Assembly: GCF_036365525.1 (NCBI RefSeq)
Contig: NC_090416.1
Coordinates: 18,200,945 to 18,264,944 of the forward strand
DNA: 64,000 bases
Reading direction: 5' to 3'
From: Heterodontus francisci
Taxonomy: Eukaryota
The first letter of the stretch is position 1. Every line of letters starts with the position of its first letter. The notes under the pieces are model-generated. The model was not told the origin of the DNA and made no database searches. It saw only the letters and a program-made list of their open reading frames with translations. Of the stretch, positions 52,660 to 64,000 are shown one piece after another. Both the position numbers and the translations under genes were made by a program.

Positions 52660-55435
52660 TGTTTTAAAAAAGACTTGCATTTCTACATCACTTATAATGA
52701 CCCAAAGAGCTTTACAGCCAATGAGCTGTCGTCACTGTTGTAATATAGGGAACATTGCCATCAATTTGTGCTCCAACAAACTGCAATCTGATATAACCAC
52801 CACATCCATTATTGTTCAGTGGTGTTGGTTGAGGGGTAAACATTGTCCCCCCCTCAACATCTGAGAATTACCCCTTTTCCCAAATAGTGATTGTGGGAGC
52901 TTTTACATCCTCCTGAGAGGGGCAAATAGTACCTCAGGTTAAAGCTCATCTGAAAGATGGAACCTCCGACAGTGCAGCACTCCCTCAGTACTGTCCCTCC
53001 GACAGTGCGGCACTCCCACAGTACTGACCCTCCGACAGTGCGGCAGTCCCTCGGTACTGACCCTCCGACAGTGCGGCGCTCCCTCAGTACTGACCCTCCG
53101 ACAGTGCGGCGCTCCCTCAGTACTGACCCTCCGACAGCGCGGTACTCTCTCAGTACCGACCCTCCGACAGTGCGGCGCTCCCTCAGTACTGTCCCTCCGA
53201 CAGTGCGGCACTCCCACAGTACTGACCCTCCGACAGTGCAGCACTCCCTCAGTACTGACCCTGTGACAGTGCTGCACTCCCTCAGTACTGTCCCTCCGAC
53301 AGTGCGGCACTCCCTCAGTACTGTCCCTCCGACAGTGCGGCACTCCCACAGTACTGACCCTCTGACAGTGCTGCACTCCCTCAGTACTGACCCTCCGACA
53401 GTGCAGCACTCCCTGAGTACTGTCCCTCCGACAGTGCGGCACTCTCTCAGTACTGTCCCTCCGACAGTACGGCACTCCCACAGTACTGACCCTCCGACAG
53501 TGCGACACTCCCTCAGTACTGATCCTCCGACAGTGCGGCACTCCCACAGTACTGACCCTCCGACAGTGCGGCACTCCCTCGGTACTGACCCTCCGACAGT
53601 GCAGCACTCCCTCAGTACTGTCCCTCCGACAGTGCGGCACTCCCTTAGTACTGTCCCTGCGACAGTGCGGCACTCCCTCAGTACTGTCCCTCCGACAGTG
53701 CGGCACTCCCACAGTACTGACCCTCCGACAGTGCGGCACTCCCTCAGTACTGATCCTCCGACAGTGCGGCACTCCCTCAGTACTGACCCTCCGACAGTGC
53801 GGCACTCCCTCAGTACTGTCCCTCCGACAGTGTGGCACTCCCACAGTACTGACCCTCCGACAGTGCGGCACTCCCTCGGTACTGACCCTCCGACAGTGCA
53901 GCACTCCCTCAGTACTGTCCCTCCGACAGTGCGGCACTCCCTTAGTACTGTCCCTGCGACAGTGCGGCACTCCCTCAGTACTGACCCTCCGACAGTGCGG
54001 CACTCCCTCAGTACTAACCCTCCGACAGTGCGGCACTCCCTCAGTACTGACCCTCCGACAGTGCGGCGCTCCCTCAGTACTGACCCTCTGACAGTGCTGC
54101 ACTCCCTCAGTACTGTCCCTCCGACAGTGCGGCACTCCCTCAGTACTGTCCCTCCGACAGTGCGGCACTCCCTCAGTACTGTCCCTCCGACAGTGCGGCA
54201 CTCCCTCAGTACTGTCCCTCCGACAGTGCGGCACTCCCTCAGTACTGTTCCTCCGACAGTGCGGCACTCCCACAGTACTGACCCTCCGACAGTGCGGCAG
54301 TCCCTCGGTACTGACCCTCCGACAGTGCGGCGCTCCCTCAGTACTGACCCTCCGACAGTGCGGCGCTCCCTCAGTACTGACCCTCCGACAGCGCGGTATT
54401 CTCTCAGTACCGACCCTCCGACAGTGCGGCGCTCCCTCAGTACTGACCCTCCGACAGCGCGGTACTCTCTCAGTACCGACCCTCCGACAGTGCGGCGCTC
54501 CCTCAGTACTGACCCTCCGACAGTGCGGCGCTCCCTCAGTACTGACCCTCCGACAGTGCGGTACTCTCTCAGTACCGACCCTCCGACAGTGCGGCGCTCC
54601 CTCAGTACTGACCCTCCGACAGTGCGGCGCTCCCTCAGTACTGACCCTCCGACAGTGCGGCGCTCCCTCAGTACTGACCCTCCGACAGTGCGGCGCTCCC
54701 TCAGTACTGACCCTCCGACAGTGCGGCACTCCCTCAGTACTGACCCTCCGACAGTGCGGTACTCTCTCAGTACCGACCCTCCGACAGTGCGGCGCTCCCT
54801 CAGTACTGACCCTCCGACAGTGCGGTACTCTCTCAGTACCGACCCTCCGACAGTGCGGCGCTCCCTCAGTACTGACCCTCCGACAGTGCGGCGCTCCCTC
54901 AGTACTGACCCTCCGACAGTGCGGCGCTCCCTCAGTACTGACCCTCCGACAGTGCGGCACTCCCTCAGTACTGACCCTCCGACAGTGCGGCACTCCCTCA
55001 GTACTGACCCTCTGACAGTGCGGCACTCCCTCAGTACTGACCCTCCGACAGTGCGGCGCTCCCTCAGTACTGACCCTCCGACAGTTCGGCACTCCCTCAG
55101 CACTGACCCACCGACAGTGCGTCGCTCCCTCAGTACTGACCCTCCGACAGTGCGGCGCTTCCTCAGTACTGACCCTCCAACAGTGTGGCGCTCCCTCAGT
55201 ACTGACCCTCCGACAGTGCGGCGCTCCCTCAGTACTGACCCTCCGACAGTTCGGCACTCCCTCAGCACTGACCCACCGACAGTGCGTCGCTCCCTCAGTA
55301 CTGACCCTCCGACAGTGCGGCGCTCCCTCAGTACTGACCCTCCAACAGTGTGGCGCTCCCTCAGTACAGGCACTGGAGTGAGAGTCTCAAGTTTCTGGAG
55401 TGGGGCAGAAACCCACGAGCTTGTAACTCTGAGAC
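52660..55435 (-). repeat. Deu-SINE with internal 33-bp expansion, array 2 (52963-55367, ~73 copies)
   Basis: SINE head at ~55368-55435, array, then SINE body and tail 52660-52962, all on the minus strand. Confidence 0.93.
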
Positions 55436-55909
55436 AATCGTCCAGGGTCCTTGCTCCTGATGACTGTCCGGTAGCACTCCCTGGAACGTGTGTGAGTGAG
55501 GACAGGGTTGGAGACAGCTGTGATGCTCACCATCCATCAGTGATAATTACTGCTCCCTTAAGAATGGAGACAGTGTGACTGTATCTCTGGGAGAGTCAGT
55601 GGATTCTAGATGTGGAGTTTACTATTCATTCACAGCCCAGGACTGTCAGACTGGGAGTGAGAATCTCAAGGCCAGAACATGCAGTCCCTGGTCCCTTCTG
55701 ACCAAAATTAGTCTCAGCATTTCCCCCCCCACAGAGAGAAATAAATTCAGCTTCGGCTCCCTCCCCTTAACTGTGGCCAGGTATTGTCCAAAAGGAGCTG
55801 TTACAGTGTCTCCTGGAGTTATCCTCCGTGCTCCAGCTGTGACAAAGGGACATTGCATCCCTGTCATAGTGACATTGCCTTTTGAAAGCAATGCTGAATG
55901 GCATTTTTC

Positions 55910-56505
55910 TTAATTCATTCATGGGATGTGGGCATCACTGGCCAGGCCAGCATTTATTGCCCATCCCTAATTGCCTTTGAGAAGGTGGTGGTGAGCTGCC
56001 TTCTTGAACTGCTGCAGTACATTTGCGGTAGGTATACCCACAGTGCCGTTAGGAAGGGAGTTCCAGGATTTTGACCCAGCGACGGTGAAGGAACGGCGAT
56101 ATAGTTCCAAGTCAGGATGGTGTGTGACTTGGAGGGGAACTTGCAGGTGGTGGTGTTCCCATGTATTTGCTGCCCTTGTCCTTCTAGTTGGTGGAGGTCG
56201 CGGGTTTGGAAGGTGCTGTCTAAGGAGCCTTGGTGTATTGCTGCAGTGCATCTTGTAGATGGTACACACTGCTGCCATTGTGCGTCGGTGTTGGAGGGAG
56301 TGAATGTTTGTAGATGGGGTGCCAATCAAGTGGGCTGCTTTGTTCTGGACGGTGTCAAGCTTTTTGAGTGTTGTTGGAGCTGCACCCATCCAGGCAAGTG
56401 GAGAGTATTCCATCACACTCCTGACTTGTGCCTTGTAGATGGTGGACAGGCTTTGGGGAGTCAGGAGGTGAGTTACTCAGTTGAGACTTCCCAGCCTCTG
56501 ACCTG
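55910..56505 (-). mobile_element. CR1/L2-group LINE 3' end
   Basis: MEYSPLAWMGAAPTTLKKLD..RRSFTVAGSKSWNSLP..FKKAAHHHLLKGN*; tgaatgaa tail. Confidence 0.85.
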
Positions 56506-57522
56506 TATCATTCACACAGGTGGAATGTCTCACACTGGAGCAGAATGTGTGATCTTGCAGAGTGCTGAACTGTCGTGTTCAAACAGTGACGCCCACACTG
56601 CTGAGCAATTTGAATCATGAAAAATAAAAATAGTATGGAAAGGATTTATGAAACAAACACTGAGCATTCTGTGTGGGCAGAAGACACCAGGAGGAAATTA
56701 AATACTCGAGGCGGGGTGGGGGGGGAGGTGTCCAGTGATTGAATATTCGGAAGCTGAGAGTCAGGTCAGATTATTACAGCACTGAAAAGGTGAGTCGGTG
56801 GAGGATGAGTGTGGAGTGTTGGTGAGGACAGTCCCGATACTTGTCACTGAGGGAGGGAACCTGACAGCAGGCCTTTCTCTTCACCCCCAGCCCACTCCTG
56901 CCTCCCAATATTCCAAACTTTCTCTCCCAAAGGAGCTGGATCCTTGCCTGTGGAGACGGAGACTGACAAGAGCTGTTACCCGGGCTGGTCATCTTCACGT
57001 GGTGAGGGGAGTGTGGCGGGAATCGCGGCTGAGGGTTGCAGCACATTCATTCTTAGAGGTCTTGCCAGGGTAGATGCTGGGGGTGGTGGGGATGGGGGGT
57101 GGGGGGAGGGGAAGGGGGAGGTGGGGCATGTTTCCCCCTGGCTCGGGAGTCTCGAACTAGGGGCACAGTCTCAAGTTAAAGGGGTCGGCCCTTGAGGACT
57201 GAGATGAAGAGAAATTTCTTCACTCAGAGGGTGGTGAATCTTTCTCTACCCCGGAGAGCTCAAGTATATTCAAGACTGAGATCGATAGATTTTTGGTGAC
57301 GGAGGGAATTAAGTGAAAGGGCGGGAAAATAGGGTTGAGGTCGAGGATCAGCAATGACCTTATTGAATGGCAGAGCAGGCTCAAGGGGCCGAATGGCCTC
57401 CTCATGCCCCTATTTGACGTTAGCAGCGGATGATCTGAGGCAGGGGCACAGATGGATACAGTAGGGCTGTCGTCTCACTGCCTGTCTTTGTTGCTCTTAT
57501 CTCCCCGCCCCCCCCCGGATAG

Positions 57523-57722
57523 TTGTCTACATTTGCTGCTCTCCCAACACCTTCCGCCAGCTGATCCTCAATGCCAGGCGGGCGGGCATGACCGACGGGG
57601 ATTACGCCTTCTTCCACGTGGACGTGTTCGGGGAAAGCCTCCGGGGGGCACGGGGGCGGGCACCATTGTTGCCGTGGAGACGGCAGGACCCGGACGACGA
57701 GGACGCCAAAGAGGCCTACGCG
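57523..57722 (+). CDS. NPR1: NPR1 exon 2
   Basis: (I)VYICCSPNTFRQLILNARRAGMTDGDYAFFHVDVFGESL..PWRRQDPDDEDAKEAYA, 200 nt, AG/GTAAGG. Confidence 0.93.
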
Positions 57723-58386
57723 GTAAGGCTGCACCATTCCGCCGTGGTTGTTTGAGGTCCGGGCGGGAGGGCGAGTGGGGGAATCTGCACTGGAATGTCT
57801 TTACATGAACTTTACATTGAGTTTCGATAGAATTACAGAGAAGTTACATATATTTCTATCATTCCACATCAAATTTCGATAGAATTAGATCGATGTTCAG
57901 TTAGTTTACATGGGATTGCACAGCTATAAATAGAACTAATACAGAATGACGTAGAATTATGTAGATTCAAACACAACTTTGCATAGAAACACACTGAAAT
58001 AACAGCACCAAAACAGGCCACTCGGCCCATCTGCTCTGTGCTGGTGTTTCTGCTCCACTCGAGCCTCCTCCCACCCCCCTCTTCATCTCCCCCTATCCCC
58101 ATATCCTTCTATTCCTTTCTCCCTCGTGTCATTATCCGGCCTCCCCTTAAATGTATCTCTGCTATTCCCCTCAGCCACTCCCTGTGGTAGCGAGTTCCAC
58201 ATTCTCACCATCTCTCTGGGGAAAGGAGGTTTCTCCTGAATTCCCCATTGGATTTATTAGTATTATGAGGGTTGATTATTATTGATCAGTATTGATTTAT
58301 TCTTGTATCAGAATGATTTGTGTCATTTCTCTGACTGATGGTGTTCGGTCAGTGTAACAATCTGATGTTCTCTCTCTCTCTCTCAG

Positions 58387-58500
58387 GCAGTCATGGTGAT
58401 AACATACAGAGAGCCTGAGAACCCTGAATACAGCCAGTTCGTGCAAGATTTAAAACTATACGCCTTGCAGTATTTCAATTTCACCATCGAGGACACCCTG
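58387..58500 (+). CDS. NPR1: NPR1 exon 3
   Basis: AVMVITYREPENPEYSQFVQDLKLYALQYFNFTIEDTL, 114 nt. Confidence 0.93.
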
Positions 58501-58577
58501 GTGAGTTCCTGGCAGATGCAGAGACCAGGAGCAGTGAAACACCTTCAGAGAGGCTTTCTGTTGGTACCCTTCCTGTC

Positions 58578-60270
58578 AGCTGCGTCTCAGTAGGCAGCTC
58601 TCCCACCTCCGAGACAGAGACTTGAGCACATAATCCAAGCTCAGACTTCAGTGCAGTACTGAGGGAGTGCCGCACTGACGGAGAGTCAGTACTGAGGGAG
58701 CGCCGCACTGTCGGAGGGTCAGTACTGAGGGAGTGCCGCACTGTCAGAGGGTCAGTACTGAGGGAGGGCCGCACTGTCGGAGGGTTAGTACTGAGGGAGT
58801 GCCGCACTGTTGGAGGGTCAGTACCGAGGGAGTGCCGCATTGTCAGAGGGTCAGTATTGAAGGAGTGCTGCACAGTTGGAGGGTCAGTACTGAGGGAGTG
58901 CCGCACTGTCGGAGGGTCAGTACTGAGGGAGTGCCGCACTGTCGGAGGGTCAGTACTGAGGGAGTGCCGCACAGTTGGAGGGTCAGTACTGAGGGAGCGC
59001 CGCACTGTCGGAGGGTCAGTACTGAGGGAGTGCTGCACTGTCGGAGGGTCAGTACTGAGGGAGTGCTGCACTGTCGGAGGGTCAGTACTGAGAGAGTGCT
59101 GCCCTGTCAGAGGGTCTGTACTGAGGGAGTGCTGTACTGTCGGAGGGTCAGTACTGAGGGAGTGCTGCACTGTCGGAGGGTCAGTACTGAGGGAGTGCTG
59201 CACTGTCGGAGGGTTAGTACTGAGGGAGTGCTGCACTGTTGGAGGGTCAGTACTGAGGGAGTGCTGCCCTGTCGGAGGGTCTGTACTGAGGGAGTGCTGT
59301 ACTGTCGGAGGTCTGTACTGAGGGAGTGCTGCACTGTCGGAGGTCTGTACTGAGGGAGTGCTGCACTGTCGGAGGTTCAGTACTGAGGGAGTGCTGCACT
59401 GTCGGAGGGTCAGTACTGCGGGAGCGCCGCACTGTCGGAGGGTCAGTACTGAGGGAGCGCCGCAATGTCGGAGGGTCAGTACTGAGGGAGTGCCGCACTG
59501 TCGGATGGTCAGTACTGAGGGAGTGCTGCACAGTTGGAGGGTCAGTACTGAGGAAACGCCGCACTGTCGGAGGTTCAGTACTGAGGGAGTGCTGCACAGT
59601 TGGAGGGTCAGTACTGAGGGAGCGCCGCACTGTCAGAGGGTCAGTACTGAGGGAGTGCCGCATTGTCGGAGGGTCAGTACTGAGGGAGTGCTGCACTGTC
59701 GGAGGGTCAGTACTGAGGGAGTGCTGCACTGTCGGAGGGTCAGTACTGAGGGAGTGCTGCACTGTCGGAGGGTCAGTACTGAGGGAGTGCCGCACTGTCA
59801 GAGGTTCAGTACTGAGGGAGTGCTGCACTGTCGGAGGGTCAGTACTGAGGGAGTGCTGCACTGTCGGATGGTCAGTACTGAGGGAGTGCTGCACTGTCGG
59901 AGGGTCAGTACTGAGGGAGTGCTGCACTGACGGAGGGGGTCAGTACTGAGGGAGTGCTGCACTGTCGGAGGGTCAGTACTGAGGGAGTGCTGCACTGTCG
60001 GAGGGTCAGTACTGAGGGAGCGCTGCACAGTCTGAGGGGCAGTACTGAGGGAGTGTCGCACTGTCGGAGGGTCAGTACTGAGGGAGTGCTGCACTGTCGG
60101 AGGGTCAGTACTGAGGGAGTGTCGCACTGTCGGAGGGTCAGTACTGAGGGAGTGCTGCACTGTCGGAGAGTCAGTACTGAGGGAGCGCTGCACTGTCAGA
60201 GGGTCAGTACTGAGGGAGTGCTGCACTGTCGGAGAGTCATTACTGAGGGAGTGCTGCACTGTCAGAGATG
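58578..60270 (+). repeat. Deu-SINE head plus 33-bp array 3 (58654-60268, ~49 copies)
   Basis: gacttgagcacataatccaagct..cagtg SINE head runs directly into the same 33-bp unit. Confidence 0.95.
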
Positions 60271-60427
60271 CCATATACAAGTGCAGGTTGTTGTGTTGAC
60301 AACACAAGATCAGCGATTTACTTCATCTGATTCTACATCCGATGTCGTCACCCCACTCTGTGCTCCTCCTCCCCCACTGCATGTCCTGTATCCTCAGCCT
60401 CACCTCTGCCCTGCTTTTCCCTTCCAG

Positions 60428-60563
60428 ATGAATTACATTGCGGGAGCATTCTACGATGGAGTCATGCTGTATGCCCACGCCCTGAATGAGACCCTCGCTG
60501 CTGGAGGGACCCCAAGAAATGGGGAAGCCATTACCCGACAGATGTGGAACCGAACCTTCCATG
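60428..60563 (+). CDS. NPR1: NPR1 exon 4 (gene continues off the right edge)
   Basis: MNYIAGAFYDGVMLYAHALNETLAAGGTPRNGEAITRQMWNRTFH(G), 136 nt. Confidence 0.93.
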
Positions 60564-60590
60564 GTAAGCCGAATGTAGCAGTGATCCCAG

Positions 60591-63500
60591 CAGTCAGTGT
60601 AGAGATATCCCCCTGACAGAGAGACAGTGTACAGATATCTCTCTGAGAGACACCAGTCACTGGAGAGATGTCCCCCTGACAGAGAGACAGTGTACAGATA
60701 TCTCTCTGAGAGACACCAGTCAGTGTAGAGATATCCCCCTGACAGAGAGACAGTGTACAGATATCTCTCTGACAGACACCAGTCAGTGTAGAGATATCCC
60801 CCTGACAGAGAGACAGTGTACAGATATCTCTCTGAGAGACACCAGTCAGTGTAGAGATATCCCCCTGACAGAGAGACAGTGTACAGATATCTCTCTGACA
60901 GACACCAGTCATTGGAGAGATGTCCCCCTGACAGAGAGACAGTGTACAGATATCTCTCTGACAGACACCAGTCATTGGAGAGATATCCCCCTGACAGAGA
61001 GACAGTGTACAGATATCTCTCTGCAGACACCAGTCAGTGTACAGATCTCACTCTGAGAGAGAGGACTGAGAGACACCAGTCAGTGTACAGAAATCACCCT
61101 GAGAGAGAGGGACTGTGAGACACCAGTCAGTGTACAGATATCACCCTGAGATAGAGGGACTGAGAGACACCAGTCAGTGTACAGATATCACCCTGAGAGA
61201 GAGGCACTGAGAGACACCAGTCAGTGTACAGATATCACCCTGAGAGAGAGGCACTGAGAGACACCAGTCAGTGTACAGAAATCACCCTGAGAGAGAGGGA
61301 CTGTGAGACACCAGTCAGTGTACAGATATCACCCTGAGATAGAGGGACTGAGAGACACCAGTCAGTGTACAGATATCACCCTGAGAGAGAGGCACTGAGA
61401 GACACCAGTCAGTGTACAGATATCACCCTGAGAGAGAGGGACTGAGAGACACCAGTCAGTGTACAGATATCACCCTGAGAGAGAGGGGGCTGAGAGACAC
61501 CAGTCACTGTACAGATATCTCCTTGAGAGAGACTGACTGAGAGTCACCAGTCAGTGTACAGATTTCACCCTGAGAGAGGGACTGAGAGACACCAGTCAGT
61601 GTACAGATATCACCCTGAGAGAGACTGACTGAGAGACACCAGTCAGTGTACAGATATCTCCCTGACAGAGACAGTGTACAGATATCTCTCTGACAGACAC
61701 CAGTCAGTGTACAGATATCACCCTGGCAGAGAGACAGTGTACAGATATCTCTCTGACAGACACCAGCCAGTGTAGAGATATCCCCCTGACAGAGAGACAG
61801 TGTACAGATATCTCTCTGGCAGACACCACTCAGTGTAGAGATATTCCCCTGACAGAGAGACAGTGTACAGATATCTCTCTGACAGACACCAGTCAGTGTA
61901 GAGATATCCCCCTGACAGAGAGACAGTGTACAGATATCTCTCTGAGAGACAGCAGTCAGTGTACAGATATCCCCCTGACAGAGAGACAGTGTACAGATAT
62001 CTCTCTGAGAGACACCAGTCAGTGTAGAGATATCCCCCTGACAGAGAGACAGTGTACAGATATCTCTCTGAGAGACACCAGTCAGTGTAGAGATATCCCC
62101 CTGACAGAGAGACAGTGTACAGATATCTCTCTGGCAGACACCACTCAGTGTAGAGATATTCCCCTGACAGAGAGACAGTGTACAGATATCTCTCTGACAG
62201 ACACCAGTCAGTGTAGAGATATCCCCCTGACAGAGAGACAGTGTACAGATATCTCTCTGAGAGACACCAGTCAGTGTAGAGATATCCCCCTGACAGAGAG
62301 ACAGTGTACAGATATCTCTCTGGCAGACACCACTCAGTGTAGAGATATTCCCCTGACAGAGAGACAGTGTACAGATATCTCGCTGAGAGACAGCAGTCAG
62401 TGTAGAGATATCCCCCTGACGGAGAGACAGTGTACAGATATCTCTGTGACAGACACCAGTCAGTGTAGAAATATCCCCCTGACAGAGAGACAGTGTACAG
62501 ATATCTCTCTGACAGACACCAGTCAGTGTAGAGATATCCCCCTGACAGAGAGACAGTGTACAGATATCTCTGTGACAGACACCAGTCAGTGTAGAAATAT
62601 CCCCCTGACAGAGAGACAGTGTACAGATATCTCTCTGACAGACACCAGTCAGTGTAGAGATATCCCCCTGACAGAGAGACAGTGTACAGATATCTCTGTG
62701 ACAGACACCAGTCAGTGTAGAGATATCCCCCTGACAGAGAGACAGTGTACAGATATCTCTCTGAGAGACACCAGTCAGTGTACAGATATGACCCTGAGAG
62801 AGTGACTGAGAGACACCAGTCAGTGTACAGATATCACCCTGAGAAAGATCGGACTGAGAGACACCAGTCAGTGTACAGATATCACCCTGAGAGGGAGGGA
62901 CTGAGAGAAACCAGTCAGTGTACAGATATCACCCTGAGAGGGAGGGACTGAGAGAAACCAGTCAGTGTACAGATATCTCCCTGAGAGAGAGAGACTGAGA
63001 GACACCAGTCAGTGTACAGATATCACCCCGAGGGAGGGGGACTGAGAGACACCAGTCAGTGTAGAGATATTCCCCTGACAGAGAGACAGTGTACAGATAT
63101 CTCTCTGAGAGACACCAGTCAGTGTATTGATATCCCCCTGACAGAGAGACAGTGTACAGATATCTCTCTGACAGACACCAATCAGTGTAGAGATATCCCC
63201 CTGACAGAGAGACAGTGTACAGATATCTCTCTGACAGACACCAGTCAGTGTAGAGATATCCCCCTGACAGAGAGACATTGTACAGATATCTCTCTGACAG
63301 ACACCAGTCAGTGTAGAGATATCCCCCTGACAGAGAGACAGTGTACAGATATCTCTCTGACAGACACCAATCAGTGTAGAGATATCCCCCTGACAGAGAG
63401 ACAGTGTACAGATATCTCTCTGACAGACACCAGTCAGTGTACAGATATCACTCTGAGAGAGAGGGACTGAGAGACACCAGTCAGTGTACAGATATCACCC

Positions 63501-64000
63501 TGAGAGACACCAGTCAGTGTACAGATATCGCCCTGAGAGAGAGGGACTGAGAGACACCAGTCAGTGTACAAATATCACCCTGAGAGAGAGGGACTGAGAG
63601 ACACCAGTCAGTGTACAGATATCACCCTGAGAGAGAGGGACTGAGAGACACCAGTCAGTGTACAGATATCACCCTGTGAGAGAGGCACTGAGAGACACCA
63701 GTCAGTGTACAGATATCACCCTGAGAGAGAGGGACTGAGAGACACCAGTCAGTGTACAGATATCACCCTGACAGAGAGGGACTGAGAGACACCAGTCAGT
63801 GTACAGATATCACCCTGAGAGGGAGGGACTGAGAGAAACCAGTCAGTGTACAGATATCTCCCTGAGAGAGAGAGACTGAGAGACACCAGTCAGTGTACAG
63901 ATATCACCCCGAGGGAGGGAGACTGAGAGACACCAGTCAGTGTAGAGATATTCCCCTGACAGAGAGACAGTGTACAGATATCTCTCTGAGAGACAGCAGT
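60591..64000. repeat. Composite minisatellite with alternating blocks of 63-bp and 47-bp units
   Basis: 63-mer cagtcagtgtagagatatccccctgacagagagacagtgtacagatatctctctgagagacac and 47-mer cagtcagtgtacagatatcaccctgagagagagggactgagagacac; runs off the window. Confidence 0.96.

Noticed and set aside
52854-55578. Very long ORFs (873, 839 and 772 aa), including an ATG-initiated mucin-like (STDPPTVRHSL)n frame
   Set aside because: Automatic consequence of a 33-nt (11-codon) unit lacking stops in three frames; lies in an NPR1 intron inside a SINE; no signal peptide or splice support
49490-60563. Assignment as NPR2 or NPR3
   Set aside because: Cysteine pattern, motif similarity and ILF2 linkage favour NPR1; the intracellular domains are outside the window, so this is not fully excluded
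51849-64000. CRISPR-like appearance of the 33-, 47- and 63-bp arrays
   Set aside because: Head-to-tail units with no unique spacers, no cas genes, vertebrate intronic context

Overview
Vertebrate genomic DNA, almost certainly from a cartilaginous fish (shark-type V-SINE/HE1, Deu-domain SINE, CR1, RTE and minisatellite content), not a prokaryotic locus. Three spliced protein-coding genes were reconstructed by hand from splice sites and remembered human orthologues. PMVK (minus strand) has exons 1-2 here and runs off the left edge. ILF2/NF45 (plus strand, head-to-head with PMVK) is complete: 14 coding exons, 3791-36111, 1158 nt = 385 aa. A natriuretic peptide receptor of NPR1/GC-A type (plus strand) has exons 1-4 from 49490 and runs off the right edge. 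Introns are filled with decayed CR1/L2/RTE LINEs, SINEs, short palindromic Penelope-like elements and large minisatellites. Most long ORFs in the supplied track are artefacts of these repeats. Most notable observations: (i) a 17-copy minisatellite made of sterol-response-element plus GC-box motifs 2.8 kb upstream of PMVK; (ii) a 248-bp RTE insertion flanked by a 201-bp direct repeat; (iii) three 33-bp minisatellite arrays born inside Deu-SINEs, lying in inverted orientation within NPR1 intron 1 and around exons 2-3; (iv) TSD-flanked palindromic elements with hammerhead-ribozyme-like cores. All functional interpretations are untested inferences, and repeat family names are from recognition, not database searches.
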